A DNA stretch of 64,000 bases from an uncultured Fibrobacteraceae bacterium (GTDB taxonomy: Bacteria; Krumholzibacteriota; Krumholzibacteriia; LZORAL124-64-63): contig CAZWYF010000010.1 of assembly GCA_964637835.1 (NCBI GenBank), forward strand, positions 18,045-82,044, read 5' to 3'. Shown here in pieces: positions 1-9,880 of this stretch. Under the pieces are notes generated by a model that was not told the origin of the DNA, ran no database searches, and worked only from the letters and a program-made list of their open reading frames with translations. The position numbers and the translations under genes were made by a program. Position 1 is the first letter of the stretch, and each line of letters begins with the position of its first letter.

Positions 1-509
1 AATTCCGTGGCGACTGGCACGTGGTCAAGGTGATCGACCGCAAGTACGAGCGGCTGCAGACCCTGGAGGAGGCCTACGATCGCGTGGTCCGGGACATGCT
101 GCCGGAATTCCGCCGCGCCCAGGTGGCCGAGTGGCAGCGGACCGCCCGCCAGGAGGCGGAGATCCGGTACTACGGCGAGTTCCGGCCGGGGCAGGGCAAG
201 TCCGCGGCCGAGCTGTTCGAGCGCTCCTTCTACGTCAACGATCCGCAGGCCAAGCTCGACCTGCTCGGGCTGCTGGTGGACGACTATCCGCAGAGCGAGT
301 ACGCCGACGACGCGCTCTTCACGGCCGGCAACATCGCGCTCGACCAGTGGTCGGACCGGCGCCAGGCGAGCTACTTCTTCTCCGAGCTCCTGGAGCGCTA
401 CCCGGAGAGCGCGTACCGCGAGGACGCGCAGTACATCCTCGATCACATGAGTGATCCGAGCTTCATCAATCCGACCAGCATCGAGGATCTGCGTCGCGGC
501 GACCGGTAG
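1..509 (+). CDS. PpiC/parvulin-type peptidyl-prolyl isomerase C-terminal fragment with YbgF/BamD-like TPR tail (5' end upstream of window)
   Basis: Frame 3 is open from base 3 (FRGDWHVVKVIDRK = end of a rotamase domain). The tail carries DDYPQSEYADDALF and ERYPESAYREDAQY repeats typical of YbgF/BamD-type TPRs. TAG stop 507-509. Confidence 0.7.
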   Translation, partial: FRGDWHVVKVIDRKYERLQTLEEAYDRVVRDMLPEFRRAQVAEWQRTARQEAEIRYYGEFRPGQGKSAAELFERSFYVNDPQAKLDLLGLLVDDYPQSEYADDALFTAGNIALDQWSDRRQASYFFSELLERYPESAYREDAQYILDHMSDPSFINPTSIEDLRRGDR

Positions 510-541
510 GCCCCGGCGCGGGCGACTCGCGGGGCGGGCCG

Positions 542-569
542 TTGACAGCGGTCCGCCCTCTGCTATGGT
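542..569 (+). promoter_or_regulatory. Candidate sigma70-type promoter TTGACA-16 nt-TATGGT
   Basis: TTGACA 542-547 and TATGGT 564-569 lie in the gap between the stop at 509 and ATG 623. The 10-mer CTATGGTTCC is identical to the -10 region upstream of mraZ (40747-40756). Confidence 0.4.
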
Positions 570-622
570 TCCAGCGAGGGCCGCGCGCACGCGGCGTGGT
601 CCCGAACGAAAGGTGGGCCGAG

Positions 623-1057
623 ATGCGTGCACCCGTCCCGGGAGCCCTGATCCTGATCCTGCTGGTGGCGTCGGCCACCGTGGCGCTGGCCCAGGATCCG
701 GCCGCGGATCCGACGCCGGCGGCGGCGGCCGACCTGGAGGTGGCCGAGATCGCCTTCGGGACCGGCTGGGATCCCGAACAGCTCGCCCTCGCCGGCGAGT
801 CGGCGACGTTCCCCGCCGGCACCGACCAGATCTACTGCCGGACGCTGATCACGGGAGCCGAGGAGCCCACCAGCGTGGTCCACGTCTGGTATCACGAGGG
901 CAAGACCATGGCGCGGGTGGACCTGGCGGTGAGGTCGTCGCACTGGCGGACCAAGTCGAGCAAGCGCCTGCTGCCGGAATGGACCGGCCAGTGGGAGGTG
1001 CGGGTGCTGGACGCGTCCGGCACGCTGCTGGAGACCGCCACCTTCACCGTCGAGTAG
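623..1057 (+). CDS. Secreted DUF2914-like protein
   Basis: ATG 623 is preceded by GAAAGG. Signal peptide MRAPVPGALILILLVASATVALA. The C-terminal pattern HVWYHEGK..WRTKSSKRL..GQWEVRVLDASG recalls the DUF2914 family. The upstream part of ORF 542-1057 overlaps the promoter-like region. Confidence 0.65.
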   Translation: MRAPVPGALILILLVASATVALAQDPAADPTPAAAADLEVAEIAFGTGWDPEQLALAGESATFPAGTDQIYCRTLITGAEEPTSVVHVWYHEGKTMARVDLAVRSSHWRTKSSKRLLPEWTGQWEVRVLDASGTLLETATFTVE

Positions 1058-1085
1058 TCCTCGCCCGACCACGGAAGGAACCGAC

Positions 1086-1598
1086 GTGATCAAGGTCAGG
1101 GTGGCCGGCATGAGCCTCGACCAGCGCACTGAAGCGCCGGTGGTGCTGCTGTACGTCCCCACCGAGGAGAAGTGCCTGCCCATCTGGATCGGCCCCGCCG
1201 AGGCGGCCAGCATCGCGCTCGCCCTGCGCGGGGAGACGTTCGCCCGGCCGCTCACCCACGACCTGCTGGCCATGGTGATCGACGGCCTCGACGGCCGCGT
1301 CGAGCGCGCGGTGATCACCGATCAGCGCGACGGCACGTACTACGCGCGCCTGTTCCTGGGCCGGGAGGATAGCGTGGTGGCCGTGGACGCGCGACCGAGC
1401 GACACCATCGCCCTGGCGCTGCGCACCGACGCTCCCATCTATCTCGAGGACGCGGTGCTGGACCGGGTGCGCGAGAGCCTGGTGCCCCTGAGCGCGCTCG
1501 AGGTCGACGACGGACCGGACACGCCCGGCGATCGCCGCGACCCTCGCGGTCGCGAACATCCCGACCGACCCGACGACCCCGACGAGGAGACTCCATGA
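1086..1598 (+). CDS. Bifunctional nuclease (BFN/DUF151) family protein
   Basis: GTG 1086 after GGAAGGA. APVVLL...LPIWIGPAEAASIALALRGETFARPLTHDLL is the hallmark BFN-domain core. Acidic, Pro-rich tail. Confidence 0.85.
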   Translation: MIKVRVAGMSLDQRTEAPVVLLYVPTEEKCLPIWIGPAEAASIALALRGETFARPLTHDLLAMVIDGLDGRVERAVITDQRDGTYYARLFLGREDSVVAVDARPSDTIALALRTDAPIYLEDAVLDRVRESLVPLSALEVDDGPDTPGDRRDPRGREHPDRPDDPDEETP

Positions 1599-3466
1599 AC
1601 GGTCGCCGACTGCCGCCGGCCGCGATCCTGGCGATCGCGCTGGTGGCCTGTGTCACTGGCCTGAGCGGTTGCGGCGGCGGACCCGCTGCCGAGAGCGATG
1701 GCGTTCCCGATGACCTCGCCCGTCTGCGCGATCGCTTCGATCAGGAATACCTCCTGCATCGCGACCGCGAGGCCCTCGCCCTGGGAGAGCAGCTGCTGGC
1801 CCGCGGCCCCGGGGCCGGGCTGGCCGGACTCGATGGCGTGCTCGCCCGCATGATCACCGCGGCGATCCGGCTGCCGGACCTGGACCGGGCCCGCGACCTG
1901 GCCCTGCAGTTCCCGGAGCGTTTTCCGGACAGCCCCGAGCGCGAGCCGGCCATGACCGCGGCCGCGCGGGCCCTGCGCCAGGCCGACCGGCCCCGGGGTG
2001 CGCTGGCCGTGCTCGCGGCCCTGGCCGCCAGCGAGGCCGACCCCGCCGCCCGGGAGCAGGCGGTGCGCCTGGCCCGGCCGGCGGTGCGCGACCTGGACGA
2101 CGCCGGGCTGCGCCGCGCCACGGCCGAACTGGCCGCCACTCCCCTGGCGCCGTCGCTGCGGGAGCAGATGGCCGCGCGCGAGCTGACGCCCGCGGGCGCC
2201 GACACCCTGGCGGCCACCGGCCGGATCGGCGTTCTCGCCCCGGTCACTGGCCGTTACGCACGGTTCGGCAACGCGTTCCAGGCCGGCGTGCGCCAGGCCC
2301 TGACCACGGGCCCGCGCCGGGATGGTGCGCCCTGGGAAATGGTCCTCGAGGACTCCGAGGGCGATCCGGTGGGCGCCGCCCTGGCCACGCGTCGGCTCTG
2401 CGGAGAGCACGCGGTCCAGGTGGTGATCGGCTCGCTGCTGTCGGCATCGACGGCCGTGGCGGCGCTGGTCGCCGACCGGCACGGCGTGCCCGTGGTCTCG
2501 CCCACCGCCACCAACGAACGCCTCGGAGAACTGGGCGGCCACGTCCTGCAGACCAATCTCACCGGCCCGGTGGAGGCGGAGATCCTCGGACGCCTGTGCA
2601 CCGAGGTGCTGCTCAAGAGGCGCTACGCGGTGATCCGGCCGGATGCGCCGGAGGCGGCGGCCCTGGCCCGGCACTTCCTCGCCGCCGTCACCGCCCGCGG
2701 TGGCGAGGTGGTGGACGAGCAGCTCTTCGACGCCTCGGCCACCGACTTCCGCGAGCCCGTGCTGGCGCTGCGCGAGGCGCGCCCGGAGGTGGTCTTCGCG
2801 CCGGTCGCCGCCGATCAGATGGTGCTGCTGGGTCCGCAGCTCGACTTCTACCGCGTGGGCGCCCTGGTGGTGGGGCCGAGCGCCTGGACCAGCGAGCGCC
2901 TGCTCGACCGTGCCGGCTCGGTGATGGAGCGGGCCATCTGCACCGCCGACGAGGTCATCTTCCCCGCCGAGTGGATGGTGGACTTCGTGGCGCAGTGGCC
3001 GGCCGACCAGTACGACGACGAGACCACCCGCGTCGCCCGCGGCGCCTACCTGGCCACCCGCATGGTCCTCTCCACGCTGGCCGCCGAGCCCGGCCGCACC
3101 GGCCCGCGCCTGGCGGCCGCCCTGCGGGACGACCTCCTCGGCCGCGACGCCGCCGCGTCCGGTCCGGGCAGCTACGCCGCCACCGTGCACCTGGTGCGCG
3201 ATGGCGCGCTGACCCCGTTCCCGGCGGGCTGGTACGCCGAGGCGCTGCACCGGCAGGCCGTGCTGGACAGCCTGGTGGCGGCCGATACGCTCTCGGTGAC
3301 CGACTCGCTCGCGGTGGCCGATTCCCTGGGCCTGGCCCGCGTCATGCGCGTGGTGGCGGGGGATCCCGCCGCCATCGGGGCGGCGATGGCGACGCCGCCG
3401 GCCGACACCTCAGGAACCGGCCGCCCCGCCGGCCAGGGGACTGCTGAATCGCCAGGTGATCAGTAG
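1595..3466 (+). CDS. Lipoprotein: helical/TPR-like N-domain plus LivK-type (Peripla_BP_6-like) periplasmic binding fold; LpoA-like architecture
   Basis: ATG 1595 overlaps the upstream stop (ATGA). Lipobox LSGC in MNGRRLPPAAILAIALVACVTGLSGCGG. GRIGVLAPVTGRYARFGNAFQAGVRQAL and later segments resemble branched-chain amino-acid-binding-protein folds. Confidence 0.8.
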   Translation: MNGRRLPPAAILAIALVACVTGLSGCGGGPAAESDGVPDDLARLRDRFDQEYLLHRDREALALGEQLLARGPGAGLAGLDGVLARMITAAIRLPDLDRARDLALQFPERFPDSPEREPAMTAAARALRQADRPRGALAVLAALAASEADPAAREQAVRLARPAVRDLDDAGLRRATAELAATPLAPSLREQMAARELTPAGADTLAATGRIGVLAPVTGRYARFGNAFQAGVRQALTTGPRRDGAPWEMVLEDSEGDPVGAALATRRLCGEHAVQVVIGSLLSASTAVAALVADRHGVPVVSPTATNERLGELGGHVLQTNLTGPVEAEILGRLCTEVLLKRRYAVIRPDAPEAAALARHFLAAVTARGGEVVDEQLFDASATDFREPVLALREARPEVVFAPVAADQMVLLGPQLDFYRVGALVVGPSAWTSERLLDRAGSVMERAICTADEVIFPAEWMVDFVAQWPADQYDDETTRVARGAYLATRMVLSTLAAEPGRTGPRLAAALRDDLLGRDAAASGPGSYAATVHLVRDGALTPFPAGWYAEALHRQAVLDSLVAADTLSVTDSLAVADSLGLARVMRVVAGDPAAIGAAMATPPADTSGTGRPAGQGTAESPGDQ

Positions 3467-4198
3467 CCAGCGCGGCGCGGGAGGGACGCCGTCGCGCAGG
3501 CGCGGCGCGAACTCCCACCGGTCCATGGCGGTCAGGACGGCCTCCTCGAACGCCGGCGGGCCGTCGTTGCTCTGGATCATCACGGCCTGGACGTGGGCCT
3601 CGGAGGTGAGGAACACGCCCACCGTGACGGTGACCACCGGCTGACGCTGCTGCTCGAGGCTCAGGCCGGCCGGGTAGAGCGGCCGGACCAGCTTGCGGAT
3701 GATGAAATCGCTGTCGGCGCTCTGCCGGGGCAGGACCATGTCCACCGCGGCGTCGCCCTCGCTCTCGGTGGTCTGCACCACGTCCTGCGGCGCCTCCTCG
3801 CTCACGCCCACGTCGGTGACCTCGGCGGCCTCCTCGCTGGGCTCGGGCATCACCTCCTGGGCGTCGGGAGAGGGCTGGTCCGGCTCGGCCTGATACTCGG
3901 GCGCCGCCGGTGGCGGCGTGGACTGGCGCGCGGCCTGCCGCGCGACGGGGTCGGCCCCATCCTCGATGGCGATCTCCGGCATGATCCGCAGGGGGCCCTG
4001 GGCGCCGTAGGGCGTGAACTTCCGCTCCACCTCCTCGGCACTCGGTCCCAGGAGGACCAGCAGGCCCAGCAGCGCCAGCGCCGCCGGCAGCGCCAGCAGC
4101 AGGCGCTTGCCCACCCGGGCATGCTCGCTCGCACTGGCGGGCGAGACGAACCGCCGGTGGCCAGGCGTCCGGTCCGGGGTGGGATCGTGATGCGTCAC
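3410..4198 (-). CDS. TonB C-terminal-domain protein (energy transducer TonB-like)
   Basis: GTG start at 4198 with GAGG 7 nt upstream. One TM helix (LLLALPAALALLGLLVLLG) and a Pro/Glu-rich spacer. C-terminal TonB_C-like segment (RPLYPAGLSLEQQRQPVVTVTVGVFL...AFEEAVLTAMDRWEFAP). 15 nt downstream of the amidase gene. Confidence 0.75.
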   Translation of the reverse strand: MTHHDPTPDRTPGHRRFVSPASASEHARVGKRLLLALPAALALLGLLVLLGPSAEEVERKFTPYGAQGPLRIMPEIAIEDGADPVARQAARQSTPPPAAPEYQAEPDQPSPDAQEVMPEPSEEAAEVTDVGVSEEAPQDVVQTTESEGDAAVDMVLPRQSADSDFIIRKLVRPLYPAGLSLEQQRQPVVTVTVGVFLTSEAHVQAVMIQSNDGPPAFEEAVLTAMDRWEFAPRLRDGVPPAPRWLLITWRFSSPLAGGAAGS

Positions 4199-4213
4199 GG
4201 CGAGGCCTCGCGA

Positions 4214-6484
<2,271 letters not shown>

Positions 6485-6557
6485 TGCGTGACCCTTTCTG
6501 GCTGGAAGAAGAGTAGAAGAGGCGGGGCGCGCTGTCCAGCGGCGGGCGCAGGGCGTC

Positions 6558-6586
6558 TTTACATCCCGGGCGGGGTCTGATACCTT
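6558..6586 (+). promoter_or_regulatory. Candidate promoter TTTACA-17 nt-TACCTT upstream of selA
   Basis: Hexamers at 6558-6563 and 6581-6586 in the divergent amidase/selA intergenic region. The same TACCTT -10 recurs at 15017 and 22531. Confidence 0.35.
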
Positions 6587-6712
6587 TGGGCGCCATGCTG
6601 AGCCGGTCGGCCCGTCCACCGGCGCGCTTCCGCGAGCATCACCGGGCCGCGCGCTTGCGGCCCGTTTTCTGACGTGCCCTGGGCGGCACGCGGCCCCGCG
6701 AGGACGTCCGAC

Positions 6713-8143
6713 ATGCCGCATCCCCTGCTGCGCGAGCTGCCTTCGGTGGGCGCGCTGCTCGACCACCCGGAGATCGCCGCCGAGGCCCGCGGCCGGCGGC
6801 GCGCGTGGGTCACCCGGGTGGTGCAGGGCGTGGTGGCGCGGCTGCGCCGGGAACTGGCCGGCGGCGCGGCCGGCTCGCCGGACACGCGACAGGCCCTGGA
6901 GCAGGTCGCCCGCGAGCGCGTGCTGGCGGAGGTGGCGCGGCTGCTCGCTCCCGCCAGCCGGCGGGTCCTCAACGCCACCGGCGTGGTGGTGCACACCAAC
7001 CTGGGGCGTGCCAGCTGGCCGGAGCGGGCGGTGGCCTGGGCCAGCGAGGTGGCCGCGCACAACAGCGACCTCGAGTTCGTCCTGGAGACCAACCAGCGGG
7101 GGCACCGTGGCCGCAAGGTGGAGGAGAAGCTGGCCCTGCTGGCCGGGGCCGAGGATGCCCTGGTGGTCAACAACAACGCGGCCGCGGTCTGGCTGACCAC
7201 GCGGCACGCGACCCGGGGCGGGCGCCTGGTGCTCTCGCGCGGCGAGGTGGTGGCCATCGGCGGCAGCTTCCGCCTGCACGAGATCCTGGCCGAGACCCAT
7301 TGCGAGCTGGTGGAGGTGGGCACCACCAACCGCACCGGCCTGGCCGACTACGAGGCGGCGCTCGCGCCCGGAGCCGCGGTGATGAAGGTGCACCGCAGCA
7401 ACTTCGCGCTCACCGGTTTCACCGAGGAGGTGCCGGTGGCCGAGCTGGCGGCCCTGTGCCGGCGGCGCGGCAACCACCTGATCTACGACGCCGGCAGCGG
7501 GGCGCTGTTCGACTTCGCCACCCTCGGCCTGCCGCCCGAGCCCACGCTGGCGCAGGACGTGGCCACCGGCGCGGACCTGATCACCTGCAGCGGCGACAAG
7601 CTGCTCGGCGGCTGCCAGGCGGGACTGATCCTGGGCGGCCGCGAGCAGATCGCCGCCCTGCGGCAGCACCCCATGCGGCGCGCGTTCCGGGTGGACAAGA
7701 CCACCCTGGCGGCCCTCGATGCGGTGCTCACGCTGTACCTGGAGGCCGAGCAGCAGCCGGATCTGCCCACCCTGGCCAATCTGTCGCGGCCGGTGAGCGA
7801 GCTGGAGACGGCGGCCGCGCGGCTGGCGGCGGAACTGGAGCCGGATCTGCCCGCGGGCTGGCGCCTGCGCACGGCGGAGGCCACGGCCAGCGTGGGCGGC
7901 GGCAGCTTCTCCGATGCGGAGGTGCCCACGCGCCTGCTGCTCTGCGAGGGCCCGGCGGCGCAGCTGGAGCGCGTGCACCAGCTGTTGCGCGCCGGCCGGC
8001 CCGCCCTCGTGGCCCGGATCTCCCAGGAGGGCCTGGGCCTGGATCTGCGGACCCTGAGTCCCGACGAGCTGCCCCTGGCGGCCGCGGCCCTGCGCGCGTC
8101 CTGGCAGCGTTTGACCGTCAGCCCGAGAGAGGATCGCCCATGA
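6713..8143 (+). CDS. selA: L-seryl-tRNA(Sec) selenium transferase
   Basis: N-terminus LLRELPSVGALLDHPEI, HTNLGRA, and the PLP-lysine motif ITCSGDKLLGGCQAG. ATG 6713 preferred over in-frame GTG 6674. Confidence 0.9.
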   Translation: MPHPLLRELPSVGALLDHPEIAAEARGRRRAWVTRVVQGVVARLRRELAGGAAGSPDTRQALEQVARERVLAEVARLLAPASRRVLNATGVVVHTNLGRASWPERAVAWASEVAAHNSDLEFVLETNQRGHRGRKVEEKLALLAGAEDALVVNNNAAAVWLTTRHATRGGRLVLSRGEVVAIGGSFRLHEILAETHCELVEVGTTNRTGLADYEAALAPGAAVMKVHRSNFALTGFTEEVPVAELAALCRRRGNHLIYDAGSGALFDFATLGLPPEPTLAQDVATGADLITCSGDKLLGGCQAGLILGGREQIAALRQHPMRRAFRVDKTTLAALDAVLTLYLEAEQQPDLPTLANLSRPVSELETAAARLAAELEPDLPAGWRLRTAEATASVGGGSFSDAEVPTRLLLCEGPAAQLERVHQLLRAGRPALVARISQEGLGLDLRTLSPDELPLAAAALRASWQRLTVSPREDRP

Positions 8144-9798
8144 ACGATGGCAAGCGGGAGATGCAGTTGCATGGCCTGGAGGTCCTGGACACCGGACTGA
8201 ACCTGGCCGAGCTCGACCTGCACGGAGGCGAGGGGTTCTGGGAGGAGGTGCGCCGCTTCTGCCGCGAGTCGCGCCTGGAGGCGGCGATCGACGGGGCCAT
8301 GGGCGGCCGGGCGGCACCGCGGGTCTGGGCGGTGATGGAGTCGCCGGGGGCCGGCCCGGCGGCGGCCGCCGCGGCCCTGGGCATCGCCGTCGTGCTGGCC
8401 GACCGTGGCCAGGCGGTGGTGCTCGTGGACGCCGACGAGCAGGAGCCTCGCATCAGCCGCTGGCTCGGCCGCAGCGAGCAGGAGGGGTGGATCGACATGG
8501 TCCGCTTCGGCGCCTCGCTCCACGGGGCGAGCGTGCCCCTGCCGTCGGATGGTCGCCGTGGCGCCGTGCTCGGCGTGGGCTCCTTCGCGCCCACGGGCGT
8601 GACCCCCGACGAGGTGGCCGATCTGCTCGGCCGCCTGCGCCGGCAGGCGGACGACCTGGTCCTCGTGCTGCCTGCCAAGCTGCGCTCGCTGCCCTGGCTG
8701 GAGGCGGCCCAGATCCGGCTGCTGGGCTGGGATCTGCTCGCCCGCAGCGGGGACGACACCGGCCGCATCCTCACCGAGCTCGACCGCATGGGCGCCATGC
8801 CCGAGGCCCTGCTGGGCTTCGGCATGGAGGAGTACCACGCCATCCAGGAGCGCCTGAGCGAACGGGAGCCCGAGGCCGTGCCCCCGGCCCCCGACCTGGC
8901 GGACGCCGACGCCGGCATCCGCGCCGAGCAACCGGTGGCGGCGGCGGCGGCCGGCCCCCGGCTGGGATCCGAGGGCGCGGTCTCCGAGGCGCAGACCGGC
9001 CGGCGTGAGGATCCCGGGGCGCCGCAGACGCCTTCGGGCCAGGACCTGGTGGCGGGCGAGACCCCGGCGGCCCGGCCGCGGGGGCGGCGCACCTCGGGGG
9101 TCTTCGTGGCCCTGGCGGTGGTGGCGGTGGTCTGCCTCGGCGGGCTGGCCCTGTTCCTGGCCGGCCAGTTCGACCGTCCCACGGCTCCGGCCGGCGTCAG
9201 CGTGGCCGAGATGGACAGCCGCCGCGCCGAGCCGGCCGAGCGGGCGGCGGCCGGCGACGGGTCGCCGGCCGCGGTTCCCTCCTCGCCCGCGGCCACCGAT
9301 CAGACCGACGCGGCGCCGCCCGGCGACGACGCGCCGGTCGCGGTACCGTCCTCGCCCGCGGCCACGCCTGCGGACCGGCCCGTCGAGGATGACGTCGCCA
9401 CGGAGCCGTCGGGCGACGAGCCGGCGGCCGGAGAGGTCGTCCCCGAGACGGCGACCGCGCCGGGGACGGCAGAGGCCGCCGAGCCGGAGGAGGGCACCGA
9501 GGCCGCGGGGGCCGGGACGGCGCCGCTGGATCGGGCCGCCTTCCGCGAGCCCGTGGGCCAGGACGGCTGGTCGCTCTGGCTGTACTCGTTCCCCGACGCC
9601 GAGAGCGCCGACGTGGAGGTGCGGCGTCTGGAACGTCGCGGCCTGCGCGCCGTCGCCCGTGCGGTGGAGATCGAGGATCGCGGCCGCTGGTTCCGGGTCT
9701 ACACCGGCAGCTTCGCCAGCCGCGACCAGGCTCGCGCGGCGGTGGAACCGCTCATGGCCGAGCTGAAGCATGACTGGGTGATCCCGGCGCGCTTCTAG
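8140..9798 (+). CDS. Degenerate ParA/MinD-like domain - TM helix - SPOR domain protein
   Basis: ATG 8140 overlaps the selA stop (ATGA), with GAGAGAGGA upstream. The N-domain has a ParA/MinD layout (GIAVVLADRGQAVVLVDADEQEP), but the Walker A position reads SPGAGPAA. TM helix VFVALAVVAVVCLGGLALFLAG, then an Ala/Pro/Glu-rich linker. C-terminal SPOR domain (GWSLWLYSFPDAESADVEVRRLERRG...WFRVYTGSFASRDQARAA). Confidence 0.75.
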   Translation: MNDGKREMQLHGLEVLDTGLNLAELDLHGGEGFWEEVRRFCRESRLEAAIDGAMGGRAAPRVWAVMESPGAGPAAAAAALGIAVVLADRGQAVVLVDADEQEPRISRWLGRSEQEGWIDMVRFGASLHGASVPLPSDGRRGAVLGVGSFAPTGVTPDEVADLLGRLRRQADDLVLVLPAKLRSLPWLEAAQIRLLGWDLLARSGDDTGRILTELDRMGAMPEALLGFGMEEYHAIQERLSEREPEAVPPAPDLADADAGIRAEQPVAAAAAGPRLGSEGAVSEAQTGRREDPGAPQTPSGQDLVAGETPAARPRGRRTSGVFVALAVVAVVCLGGLALFLAGQFDRPTAPAGVSVAEMDSRRAEPAERAAAGDGSPAAVPSSPAATDQTDAAPPGDDAPVAVPSSPAATPADRPVEDDVATEPSGDEPAAGEVVPETATAPGTAEAAEPEEGTEAAGAGTAPLDRAAFREPVGQDGWSLWLYSFPDAESADVEVRRLERRGLRAVARAVEIEDRGRWFRVYTGSFASRDQARAAVEPLMAELKHDWVIPARF

Positions 9799-9880
9799 CG
9801 GCCAGCATCAGGCCGATGGACATCTCTCTGCGGCCGGGCCTCGCCCCGGTCCGGCCGCGCCCCGGGAAGGATCCGGATCC

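Noticed and set aside
6485-6712. Looked for tRNA-Sec (selC) or another tRNA next to selA
   Set aside because: I could find no cloverleaf with a UCA anticodon loop or a T-loop GTTCRA motif on either strand. I also saw no tRNA-like structures in the other intergenic gaps. A tRNAscan/covariance search would be decisive.
6805-8139. N-terminal 445 codons of the 997-aa + strand ORF (6805-9798)
   Set aside because: It is out of frame with, and fully overlapped by, selA, and is Arg/Gly/Pro-rich. The real gene most plausibly starts at ATG 8140, which overlaps the selA stop.
6485-8317. Upstream 611 codons of the 1367-aa minus-strand ORF (4214-8317)
   Set aside because: This part is antisense to selA and has no recognisable motifs. 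The amidase has a lipoprotein signal peptide beginning at TTG 6484 with an SD, so the extension is a stop-free shadow.
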